This document shows, piece by piece, positions 18,622 to 26,831 of a stretch of DNA of 32,000 nt; positions within the stretch are counted from its first letter, which is position 1; each line of letters opens with the position of its first letter. Both the position numbers and the translations under genes were made by a program. Where the stretch lies: the NCBI GenBank assembly GCA_900234795.1, contig LT962688.1, positions 2,280,001-2,312,000 of the forward strand, given 5' to 3'. This stretch comes from Methylorubrum extorquens. Its GTDB lineage: Bacteria > Pseudomonadota > Alphaproteobacteria > Rhizobiales > Beijerinckiaceae. A model generated the notes under the pieces. It was not told the DNA's origin. It saw only the letters and a list, made by a program, of their open reading frames with translations, and searched no databases.

Positions 18622-19473
18622 TCAGAACGGACTGATCGGAAAAAACCGCAGATACAGCTCGGCGTATTTTCCGTCGTCCCATACCCGCTGCAACGCGTCG
18701 TCGAGGGCACGGGCCAAAGCCGCGTCCTCGGTGCGGGTGACGAAGCCGATGCCTTCGCCGAAATAGCGATTCTCGAGATAATCGCCGCCGGAATAGGTGC
18801 AGCAACCCTCCGCCTCCTGGCCGTTCAGCCAGAGCGCGAGGCTCAAGCCGTCGGCGAACAGGTACTCGACCTCGCCGCGCTTGAGCGCGCTCTGGGCCGC
18901 CGAGAGGTCGGTGAAGGTCTTTCGCGTGGCGTTGGGGAAGAAGGCCTTCAGATAGGCCTCGTGGGCGCTGCCCTCGACGATCCCGACGTTGCGCCCGGCG
19001 AGTGCCGTCGCCGAGGGGGCGGGCAGACTGCGGTCCTTGCGGGCGATGAAGCGGGCCGGCCAGCGGAAATAGGGCCGCGTCGCCAGGAACCGCGCGCGCA
19101 GGCCCGGCGTCAGGGGCACGGCGGCGGCCACGACGTCACCCTGCTTATCGGCCAGCGCATCGAGCAGCGTGTCGAAGCGGCGCGCCTGCACCGTGCACGT
19201 CACCGTCAGCCGTTCGCAGACCGCGCGGGCGAGTTCCACGGCAAAGCCGGTCGGCACACCGTCGGGGCCTGCGAAATGCAGCGGCGGAAACTCGTCGTCG
19301 GTCATGAACCGAACCGCACGCCCCGTCTGAGGCGCCTCGACCCGCTCGCCGCGAGCACGGGGATTCCAGAAATTCGGAATGCTAACCGACGGGGCCGCCG
19401 GGTCGGACGGCTGTTGTGCCTGTGCAACATTGGTTAATAAAACGATAAAGGTTGCCGCCAGTATCCGCCGCAT
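18622..19473 (-). CDS. periplasmic substrate-binding protein, family 3 (amino-acid-type SBP fold), orphan
   Basis: ATG at 19473. A signal peptide (MRRILAATFIVLLTNVAQA) is followed by FMTDDEFPPLHF...GFAVELARAV..., consistent with SBP_bac_3-type proteins. There is no permease or ATPase gene next to it. The upstream 640 aa of the track ORF are antisense to the GT2 gene and were rejected. Confidence 0.85.
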   Translation of the reverse strand: MRRILAATFIVLLTNVAQAQQPSDPAAPSVSIPNFWNPRARGERVEAPQTGRAVRFMTDDEFPPLHFAGPDGVPTGFAVELARAVCERLTVTCTVQARRFDTLLDALADKQGDVVAAAVPLTPGLRARFLATRPYFRWPARFIARKDRSLPAPSATALAGRNVGIVEGSAHEAYLKAFFPNATRKTFTDLSAAQSALKRGEVEYLFADGLSLALWLNGQEAEGCCTYSGGDYLENRYFGEGIGFVTRTEDAALARALDDALQRVWDDGKYAELYLRFFPISPF

Positions 19474-19665
19474 CCTGTGGTAGCGGATTGACCCTTCGGT
19501 TGTCGGAGTGGAGCAATGCACGTCCATGGAGAGGTCCTGGCCCATGCCCCTCCCTAGCACGGCGCGGGCCCGCGGGAAGCCGTTGCCCTGTCCGACCTCG
19601 ACCGCCGTCGGAGCAGCCGCGCCGCTCCGCTCCCGCCGGAAATCGGCTTCCTCGCCACCGAGGGC

Positions 19666-21510
19666 GTGTCCCTCGAGACGCTGAGCCGGGCCGTGATCAT
19701 CGCCCGTCGCTGCGGCACCGATGCCGCCACGGCCCTTCTCAACGAGGGGCTTCTCTCCGAGGAGGTGTTCTACTGTGCGCTCGCCCGCCGGCTCGGAGCA
19801 CCATTTCTCTTCGGGCCTCTCGCGATCGGCGAAGGCGTTCCGTACGCGCGCTGTCTCATCTCCGGTGCCGCGCCGCTCGCGGGCTGCGAGGGGGGCGAAA
19901 CCCTCGTCGCGGCACCGCGCGGAGCCGCGGTGGCGCGACTGATCGCGGCGGCGGACCGGCTGGCGGAGCCTCCGGCCATCACGACCCCGACGGCCCTGAG
20001 GCAGGCACTGTTCGCCCGGTACGGCGCCGCCATTGCCGAGGACGCGTCCGAGACCCTGGGGCGTCTTCGTCCCGAGTGGTCCTGCCGACCCGGTCCGCTG
20101 GCGCTCGACCTTGCCTTGGCCGGCGGCGTGCTCGCCCTCGTCGTCCTGCTCGCCCGCCTCCCGACGGCGGCGGGCTTCGTCCTGCTGCTGCTGGTGCAGG
20201 GTTTGATGCTGGCGCTGCTGACCTTCCGCCTCGCCGCGGCGGCGATCGGTGCCGCCGAGATCATGCGCGCCGATGCATCCGAGCCGCGACCGGTTCTGCT
20301 GACGGACGACGCGCTCCCGACTTACACGGTTCTCGTCGCCCTCTACCGGGAGGCGCCGGTGGTGCCGCGTCTTCTGGGAGCCTTGCGCCGGCTCGATTAT
20401 CCGGCGGCCAAGCTCGACATCAAGTTCCTGCTGGAGGCCGACGACGACGAGACCGCTGCGGCTTTCCGCGCGACACCGCTCCCGGCCCGCTTCGAGATTG
20501 TCACCGTGCCGGAGGGGATGCCGCGCACCAAGCCGCGGGCGCTGAACGTGGCCCTGCCGCTCGCCCGCGGCGAGCACCTCGTGGTCTACGACGCGGAGGA
20601 TGTGATCTCGCCCGAACAGCTTCGCCTCGCCGCGACGCTGTTCGCTCGCGCGCCGGCCTCGACGGCCTGCCTCCAGGGTCGCCTCGTAATCGACAATCAC
20701 GGTGATGGCTGGCTGCCGCGCCTGTTCGCCATCGAGTACGCGGCTCTGTTCGACGTGCTCGGCCCGGCCCTGGCCGCGTGGCGGATGCCGACGCCGCTCG
20801 GCGGCACCTCGACGCATTTCCGCACTCGCGTCCTGCGCCAACTCCACGGATGGGATGCCTGGAACGTCACCGAGGATGCTGATCTCGGCCTGCGCATGGC
20901 GCTCGCGGGCTACCATGTCGGCGACCTGCCGAGCGCGACCTTCGAGGAGGCGCTCGCCCATCCGCGCAAGTGGCTGCGCCAGCGCACCCGCTGGATGAAG
21001 GGCTTCCTGCAGACGAGCTTCGCCCACGGGCGGCGCCCGCTCGACCTCTATCGCCGCCTCGGCGCGGCGGAGAGCCTGTGCGTGCTGGCGCTCCTGCCCG
21101 GCACGGTGGTCTCGGCCCTGTTCTATCCGTTCATGCTGCTCGGCGGCCTCGCCGACCTGATCATCCCGGCCGAGGACGGCGACAGCCTCGCGATCGTCAA
21201 GCGGGCGGCCTCCACGACGGTGTTCCTCGGCGGGCTCGCGGCGATGTGCCTGCCCGGCCTCGTCGGCTGCCTCCGGCGCGGGTGGTTCGATCTCGTGCCG
21301 CTCGTGCTGCTGCTGCCGGTCTACTTCCTTCTCGGCAGTCTCGCGGCATGGCTCGCCGTGTTCGAACTGGCGCGGCACCCGCACCGCTGGAACAAGACCG
21401 AGCACGGGCTGGCCCGCACCTCCCGCACGGGAGCGCTCGCGCGGCGCCCCTCGGCGGCGATCAGATCCGCTTCGACAGCTCCGCCGCCGTCTCCGCTGCC
21501 GGCCGGTTGA
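19666..21510 (+). CDS. membrane-bound processive family-2 glycosyltransferase with N-terminal T2SSE_N-like domain
   Basis: GT-A signatures appear in order: YTVLVALYRE, LEADDDE, VVYDAEDV (DxD), NVTEDADLG (TED), LRQRTRWMKG (QxxRW). There are two TM helices before and about four after the catalytic domain. The N-terminal 130 aa resemble the N-terminal domain of type II secretion ATPases (LLNEGLLSEEVFYCALARRLGAPFL...PLAGCEGGETLVAAP). GTG at 19666 is the first canonical start after the in-frame TAG at 19555. The 3' end overlaps the convergent SCO1 gene by 50 nt. Confidence 0.85.
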   Translation: MSLETLSRAVIIARRCGTDAATALLNEGLLSEEVFYCALARRLGAPFLFGPLAIGEGVPYARCLISGAAPLAGCEGGETLVAAPRGAAVARLIAAADRLAEPPAITTPTALRQALFARYGAAIAEDASETLGRLRPEWSCRPGPLALDLALAGGVLALVVLLARLPTAAGFVLLLLVQGLMLALLTFRLAAAAIGAAEIMRADASEPRPVLLTDDALPTYTVLVALYREAPVVPRLLGALRRLDYPAAKLDIKFLLEADDDETAAAFRATPLPARFEIVTVPEGMPRTKPRALNVALPLARGEHLVVYDAEDVISPEQLRLAATLFARAPASTACLQGRLVIDNHGDGWLPRLFAIEYAALFDVLGPALAAWRMPTPLGGTSTHFRTRVLRQLHGWDAWNVTEDADLGLRMALAGYHVGDLPSATFEEALAHPRKWLRQRTRWMKGFLQTSFAHGRRPLDLYRRLGAAESLCVLALLPGTVVSALFYPFMLLGGLADLIIPAEDGDSLAIVKRAASTTVFLGGLAAMCLPGLVGCLRRGWFDLVPLVLLLPVYFLLGSLAAWLAVFELARHPHRWNKTEHGLARTSRTGALARRPSAAIRSASTAPPPSPLPAG

Positions 21511-22063
21511 GGTTGACCGCGCCGACGAAGCCGTTGCGGGCGTCCATCAGGTAGACGAGTGCGGTGTGCTCCATCGTGTAGTCGCCGCTCGAACCCGGCA
21601 CTTTCTTGGCGTAGGCGCGGAAGGTCTTGACGGTCGCCGCCACCTGCTCCGGGCTGCCGGTGAGGCCGACGATGCGCGGGTCGAAGCTCGACAGGTAGGT
21701 CTTCAGCGAAGCGGGCGTGTCGCGCTCAGGGTCGACGCTGACGAAGGCGACCTTCAGCCCGTCCGCCTTAGGGCCGAGCGCCGCCAGCACGTCGCTGATC
21801 TGCTGGAGCGTGGTCGGGCAGACATCGGGGCAATGGGTGAAGCCGAAGAACATCAGGTAGGGCTTGCCGGCAAAATCGCGCTCGCTGACCGTCGCGCCGT
21901 CCTGGTTCACCAGGGTGAAGGGACCGCCGATGCCGCTCGGGCCGCTCTGCGGATGCTGCGGCACCAGCGTCATCACCAGCGCGACGGAGATCGCCACGAG
22001 CCCGGCCACGAAGGCGGCCAGCGGCAGGAGAACGCTGCGGGACGGACGCATGGGGGAACGCAT
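21461..22063 (-). CDS. SCO1/SenC family copper chaperone / thiol-disulfide oxidoreductase
   Basis: An N-terminal membrane anchor is followed by a thioredoxin-like fold with the FGFTHCPDVCPTTL (CxxxC) motif and VSVDPERDTP. ATG at 22063, or possibly 22051. Confidence 0.85.
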   Translation of the reverse strand: MRSPMRPSRSVLLPLAAFVAGLVAISVALVMTLVPQHPQSGPSGIGGPFTLVNQDGATVSERDFAGKPYLMFFGFTHCPDVCPTTLQQISDVLAALGPKADGLKVAFVSVDPERDTPASLKTYLSSFDPRIVGLTGSPEQVAATVKTFRAYAKKVPGSSGDYTMEHTALVYLMDARNGFVGAVNLNRPAAETAAELSKRI

Positions 22064-22241
22064 GGGAGCCCTCGAAGGCGTGTCTGTGGCGGCGACCCGA
22101 CGGGCGCGGCGGCCGCATGGAAAGGGCCCGGCACAGGGCATCGCCGAAAGGGGAAGCGGCGGTCCGAGCGTGTCGGGTAATGCCCCTCACATCACAGAGC
22201 CGGGGCGTGCCGCAAGCCCGCGCGACGCCGCAAGGCTTAGA

Positions 22242-22323
22242 GCATCATCCCGAAAGGTGGTTACCGGCTTTCGAAAAAGATGATGCAAAACAAGAGTCTA
22301 GAGCATCCAGCAGGATGCTCTAG
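22242..22323. repeat. AT-richer intergenic element with two strong hairpins; the second is the likely cysG terminator
   Basis: Hairpin 1 (22242-22286) pairs GCATCATC..CGAAAG...CTTTCG..GATGATGC. Hairpin 2 (22298-22323) is CTAGAGCATCC-AGCA-GGATGCTCTAG, an 11-bp perfect stem. On the minus strand it is followed by CTCTTGTTTTGCATCATCTTTTTC, 26 nt after the cysG stop. Confidence 0.55.
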
Positions 22324-22348
22324 CGTCGCACGAGCCTTCGCAGCAGGT

Positions 22349-23806
22349 TCAGGAGGCTTCCGCGCGGATCTCGACGTCCCGGTCCGCGCTGCGGGCGTTG
22401 TGCTGGCGCAGGGCCTCGCCGACCATCAGCAGCGCCGGGCCTTCGAGCCCCGAGGCCTCGACCCGCTCGGCGAGGTCGGCGGCGGTGCCGGCCACCGTCG
22501 CCTGCTTGGCCCGGGTCGCATTGAACACGACGAGGGCCGGCGTCTCGGGCGCCAGCCCTTCGGCGACCGCCCGCTCCAGCAGGACGCGCAGCGTGCGCTT
22601 GGGCATGTAGACCACGGTGGTGACGCTGCGGTCGGCCAGCGCGCTCCAGTTCAGATCCTCCGGCAGCGCGCCGCGGCGGTCGTGGCCGGTGACGAATTGC
22701 AGGCGCCGGGCCGCATCGCGATGAGTCAGGGAGACGCCGAGCGCGGCCGCCGCACCCTGCGCCGCGCTGACGCCGGGGACGATGGTGCAGGGAATGCCCG
22801 CGGCCTCGCACGCCTCGATCTCCTCGCCGGCCCGGCCGAAGACGAGCGGATCGCCGGATTTCAGCCGCACCACCTGCTTGCCGGACTTCGCCAGCGAGAC
22901 CATCAGCGCGTTGATGTCGTCCTGGCGGCAGGACGGGCCGTGGCCGGTCTTGCCGACCAGCATGGTCCGGGCCTCGCGGCGGGCATAGTCGAGGATCTCG
23001 GGGGCGACGAGGTCGTCGTAGAGGATCACGTCGGCGTTGCGCAGCGCCCGCAGCGCCTTGAGGGTGAGGAGTTCGGCATCGCCCGGCCCGGCCCCGACCA
23101 GGGTCACCGCGCCGCCGAGGGGCAGCGCCTCGGCCTGACCCATCAGGTCGGCGAGGTCGGCGTCCGTCGGGGAGCGGTCCGGCTCGGCGAAGGCGCGGTC
23201 GGTGAAGCGCTCCCAGAAGCCGCGCCGCTCGGAGAAGCCGTGGAAGCGTGCCGAGACCACCTCGCGCCAATCGCGGGCGGCCGCGACCCAGTGCTTGAAG
23301 CCGCGCGGCAGCATCGCCTCGATGCGCGCCCGCACCGTCTGCCCGAAGACCGGGGCGGCGCCCTCGGTCGAGATGCCGACGACGAGCGGCGAACGGTTGA
23401 CGATGGCGCCGAACTTCACGTCGCAGAGATGCGGCCGGTCGACCGCGTTGACGATGGCCCCAGCCGCGCGCGCCGCCGCGACGAAGGCGACGCAATCGTC
23501 CTCGTCCTCCATGGCACCGATGGCGAAGGCCGCGCCCTGCAGGTCTTCCCGGGTCCAGCGGCGCTCGTGCAGCGTCACCGAGCCGGCGGCGATCTCGGCC
23601 GGCACGCCGCGCAGTTCCTCGCTCGGCTCCTCGGCATAGACATCGACCCGGGCGCCGGCGGCGGCGAGCAGCTTCACCTTCCAGGGTGCGCCGCCGTTGG
23701 AGCCGGCGAGCACCGCCCGCTTGTCCTGGAGCGGCACGAACACGGGCAGCACCGCCAGCGGCTCGAGGCCGGCGCGGGTTTCGCGGGGTTGGCGGGGCGT
23801 GCTCAT
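22349..23806 (-). CDS. cysG: siroheme synthase (precorrin-2 dehydrogenase / ferrochelatase + uroporphyrinogen-III C-methyltransferase)
   Basis: ATG at 23806, 485 aa. The N-terminal Rossmann-like domain is followed by the C-terminal SAM methyltransferase signature VTLVGAGPGDAELLTLKALRALRNADVILYD and VVRLKSGDPLVFGR. Confidence 0.9.
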   Translation of the reverse strand: MSTPRQPRETRAGLEPLAVLPVFVPLQDKRAVLAGSNGGAPWKVKLLAAAGARVDVYAEEPSEELRGVPAEIAAGSVTLHERRWTREDLQGAAFAIGAMEDEDDCVAFVAAARAAGAIVNAVDRPHLCDVKFGAIVNRSPLVVGISTEGAAPVFGQTVRARIEAMLPRGFKHWVAAARDWREVVSARFHGFSERRGFWERFTDRAFAEPDRSPTDADLADLMGQAEALPLGGAVTLVGAGPGDAELLTLKALRALRNADVILYDDLVAPEILDYARREARTMLVGKTGHGPSCRQDDINALMVSLAKSGKQVVRLKSGDPLVFGRAGEEIEACEAAGIPCTIVPGVSAAQGAAAALGVSLTHRDAARRLQFVTGHDRRGALPEDLNWSALADRSVTTVVYMPKRTLRVLLERAVAEGLAPETPALVVFNATRAKQATVAGTAADLAERVEASGLEGPALLMVGEALRQHNARSADRDVEIRAEAS

Positions 23807-23830
23807 GGTCTTTGTGTACGACTCGACTCG

Positions 23831-23910
23831 AGGTTCCGGTCCGCTTCGCTCATCCGAAGAGGCTGCTTTGCAGCATGTCAGGATGAGGGCGAGAGTGGGA
23901 CCGGGAACCT
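23831..23910 (-). other. structured intercistronic element between nasA and cysG (nested three-stem hairpin)
   Basis: The outer stem pairs AGGTTCCGGTCC (23831-23842) with GGACCGGGAACCT (23898-23910). The middle stem pairs CTCATCC (23849-23855) with GGATGAG (23881-23887). The inner stem is GCTGC-TTT-GCAGC (23862-23874). Confidence 0.4.
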
Positions 23911-23921
23911 GAAAACTGCGC

Positions 23922-26609
23922 CTATGCGGCGCTGCGCGCAAGCGCCGGCGACAGCAGCTTGCGGATCTCGGGGATGCATGAGCCGCAATTCGTTCCCGCC
24001 TTGCAGGCCGCGCCCACCGCCTCGACCGAGCCGGCCCCGGCGGCGATGGTCGCGGTGATGACGTCGAGCCCGACGCCGTGGCAGGCGCAGACCACCGGCC
24101 CGGTCGAGGCCGTTGCCGCCCGGCCCGAGAGCAGCGTGCGCCGGTCGATCGCCTCGATGTCGGGGGCGGCAAACACCCCCTTGGCGAGTTCCCAGTCCGG
24201 CCGCCGATCCCCCGGCGCCACACTGAGCGCCGCCACGAGGTGATCGTCGCGCGTGACGACACAGCGGTAGAGTCCGCGGGCGTGATCGACGTACTCGGCC
24301 AGTTCGTGGCCGGGGAACATCCCGCGCACGGACAAAGCCATCTCCCGCGAGCCCTCCTGGGTCGCGAAGATCAGGCCGGAGCCGCCGGAGACGGTCGCCC
24401 GCGCCCACCACCAGCCGGCGGGGGCCGCCTGGGCGTCCCGCGTCAGCAGGTAGCCGCGGGAGCGGTAGGCTACGGCCTCGACGGAAGCCGGCGTCGCCTT
24501 CAGTTCGGGCTGGCCGGAGACCGGATCGGGGATGCCGCGGGCCAGCGCCGCCGCGCGCCCGTCCGAGGCGGTCATGTCGCTCCAGTGCATCGGCGCGAAG
24601 ATCGAGCCCGTCAGAACGGCATCCGTCACCGTGACTTCGAGGATTGCGCTGCCGAGATCGGTCGCGACGCGGGCGAAGCCCCCGTCGCTCAGGCGGTAGC
24701 GGGCCGCGTCGTCGGGATGGATCTCGACGAAGGGCACGGCGCGGTGGGCCGAGAGGCGCTGGCTTTTGCCCGTGCGGGTCATGGTGTGCCAGTGGTCGCG
24801 GATGCGGCCGGTGTTGAGCACGAGCGGGCGCTCGGCGGTCACGGGCTGCGCCAGGGCCGGCGGCTGCACCGCGACGAAGCGGGCGCGCTGATCGAAGGTG
24901 TAGAAGCGCCCGTCGGCGAAGAGCCGGGCGCGGCCCTTCTTCGCATCCGGGCCGCGCTTCGGCACCGGCCACTGCATCGGCAGATGCACGTCGTAGGCGC
25001 GCCGGTCGATCTCGGCGAGGCCACCGAGATCGAAGTCGCGGGTGCCATCGTTCTCGAAGGCCGAGAGCGCGGCGTGCTCGCGGAAGATCTCGACAGCGGA
25101 GTTATAGGCGAAGGCCTCGCCGTGGCCGAGGCGGCGGGCGACGTCGCAGAGGATCGCCCAATCGGCCCGCGCCTGCCCCGGCGCCTTCAGGAAGGCGCGC
25201 TGGCGCGAGATGCGCCGCTCGGAATTCGTCACCGTGCCGTCCTTCTCGCCCCAGGCGAGCGCCGGCAGCAGCACCGTCTTTTGCCCCGTTGCGCGGGCGC
25301 TGTCGCTGGTCGCGACGGCTTCCGAGACGACGTAGAGGTCGAGCCCCTTGATCGCCTCGCGGATGCGGTCGGCCCGCGGCATGGAGACGAGCGGGTTGGT
25401 GCCGATCACCCACAGCGCCTTGATCTTGCCCCGCTCGATCGCCTCGAACAGGGCAACCGCCTTCATCCCCTCGCCGGTGATGATGTTGGGCGCCTTCCAG
25501 AAGCGGCGCACCCGGTCCACCTCCTCGGGGGCGAAGTGCATGTGGGCGGCGAGCATGTTGGCCAAGCCGCCGACTTCGCGCCCGCCCATGGCGTTGGGCT
25601 GGCCAGTGAGCGAGAGCGGGCCCATGCCGGGCTGGCCGATCCGCCCCGTGGCGAGATGGCAGTTGATGATGGCGTTGCCCTTGTCGGTGCCCTGCGCCGA
25701 CTGGTTCGCGCCCTGGCTGAAGGCGGTGACGACCCGTTTCGTTAGGGCGAACAGCTCGAAGAAGGCCTGTACGTCAGCCTCGGCCAGCCCCGTGGCGCGG
25801 GCGGTGGCGGCGGCGTCCGGCGCGATCTGCCGGGCGCGCTCCAGGGCGCCCTCGAAGCCGGCGGTGTGGTCCTCGATGAAGCGTCCGTCGAGCTTGGCCT
25901 GACCGGCGAGATAGGCGAGCAGGCCGGAGAACAGCGCGGAATCGGTGCCGGGCTGGAGGCCGAGATGCAGGTCGGCCTCCTCGCCGGTCTGCGTGCGGCG
26001 GGGATCGACGGTGACGATCTTGGTGCCGCGCTTGGCCCGCGCATCGACCATGCGGCGGAACAGGATCGGGTGGCACCACGCGGCGTTGGAGCCGACGAGC
26101 ACGATCAGGTCGGCCTCGTCGAGATCCTCGTAGCAGCCGGGCACCGTGTCGGAGCCGAAGGCGCGGCGGTGGGCGGCGACCGCCGAGGACATGCACAGCC
26201 GCGAATTGGTGTCGACATGCGGCGTGCCGAGGAAGCCCTTCGCCAGCTTGTTGGCGACGTAATAATCCTCCGTCAGGATCTGGCCGGAGAGGTAGAAGGC
26301 GATCGCATCCGGCCCGTGCTGCTCGGCGATCCGCCGGAGGCCGCCGGCCACGGTGCCGAGCGCGCCCTCCCAGCTCACGGTCTGGCCATCGACGGTCGGG
26401 GCGAGCAGCCGGTCGCCGAGATCGACCGTCTCGCCGAGCGCCGAGCCCTTGGAGCAGAGGCGGCCGAAATTTGCCGGATGCTCGGGATCGCCCGCGATCG
26501 CTACGCCGCCCTGCCCGTCCGGCGTCGCGAGCACGCCGCAGCCGACGCCGCAATAGGGGCAGGTCGTCTTCACCGCAGGCGCGGCGAGATCGGGGGCGGG
26601 CTGAGACAT
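23922..26609 (-). CDS. nasA: assimilatory nitrate reductase catalytic subunit (molybdopterin oxidoreductase) with C-terminal BFD-like [2Fe-2S] extension
   Basis: ATG at 26609 follows GAGGA. An N-terminal 4Fe-4S motif (TTCPYCGVGCGV) is followed by the MopB nitrate-reductase core and a molybdopterin dinucleotide-binding domain (LNTGRIRDHWHTMTRTG). The C-terminal 190 aa end in CACHGVGLD...CKAGTNCGSCIPE. Confidence 0.9.
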   Translation of the reverse strand: MSQPAPDLAAPAVKTTCPYCGVGCGVLATPDGQGGVAIAGDPEHPANFGRLCSKGSALGETVDLGDRLLAPTVDGQTVSWEGALGTVAGGLRRIAEQHGPDAIAFYLSGQILTEDYYVANKLAKGFLGTPHVDTNSRLCMSSAVAAHRRAFGSDTVPGCYEDLDEADLIVLVGSNAAWCHPILFRRMVDARAKRGTKIVTVDPRRTQTGEEADLHLGLQPGTDSALFSGLLAYLAGQAKLDGRFIEDHTAGFEGALERARQIAPDAAATARATGLAEADVQAFFELFALTKRVVTAFSQGANQSAQGTDKGNAIINCHLATGRIGQPGMGPLSLTGQPNAMGGREVGGLANMLAAHMHFAPEEVDRVRRFWKAPNIITGEGMKAVALFEAIERGKIKALWVIGTNPLVSMPRADRIREAIKGLDLYVVSEAVATSDSARATGQKTVLLPALAWGEKDGTVTNSERRISRQRAFLKAPGQARADWAILCDVARRLGHGEAFAYNSAVEIFREHAALSAFENDGTRDFDLGGLAEIDRRAYDVHLPMQWPVPKRGPDAKKGRARLFADGRFYTFDQRARFVAVQPPALAQPVTAERPLVLNTGRIRDHWHTMTRTGKSQRLSAHRAVPFVEIHPDDAARYRLSDGGFARVATDLGSAILEVTVTDAVLTGSIFAPMHWSDMTASDGRAAALARGIPDPVSGQPELKATPASVEAVAYRSRGYLLTRDAQAAPAGWWWARATVSGGSGLIFATQEGSREMALSVRGMFPGHELAEYVDHARGLYRCVVTRDDHLVAALSVAPGDRRPDWELAKGVFAAPDIEAIDRRTLLSGRAATASTGPVVCACHGVGLDVITATIAAGAGSVEAVGAACKAGTNCGSCIPEIRKLLSPALARSAA

Positions 26610-26658
26610 CGCGAATCCTCGGCGGATTTTTTCGCCACACGGACGTTTCGTCAGGGGT

Positions 26659-26674
26659 CGCAAAAGTCGGGCCG
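26659..26674 (-). promoter_or_regulatory. candidate sigma-54 (-24/-12) promoter for nasA-cysG
   Basis: The minus strand reads CGGCCC-GACTT-TTGCG against consensus TGGCAC-N5-TTGCW. GG and GC have the correct 10-nt spacing, about 50 nt upstream of the nasA ATG. Confidence 0.35.
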
Positions 26675-26831
26675 GTCGCTCTCAAACCACCTGAAGGTGG
26701 CCGAAAGGCCTAGCTGTCTCAGGCGGTTCGGGCCGGGCTTCGTCTGCTATCCTCGGGCGCGCTTCAAGCCGCATGGATATCCGCTGCCTCGGCCTCAGAT
26801 AGCCCAACAAGACCCATCAGGAGAGGAAACC

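Noticed and set aside
19474-21405. N-terminal 640 aa of the 927-aa minus-strand ORF 18622..21405
   Set aside because: Only the last 283 aa (signal peptide plus SBP fold) look like a protein. The rest is antisense to the GT2 gene and Arg/Gly/Glu-rich.
26610-26720. ANTAR/NasT-type antiterminator target (two hexaloop hairpins plus terminator) in the nasA leader
   Set aside because: The hairpins present (GGCC-TTTC-GGCC, CCACC-TTCA-GGTGG) have 4-nt loops and lie upstream of the candidate promoter. No terminator with a U-tract precedes the ATG.
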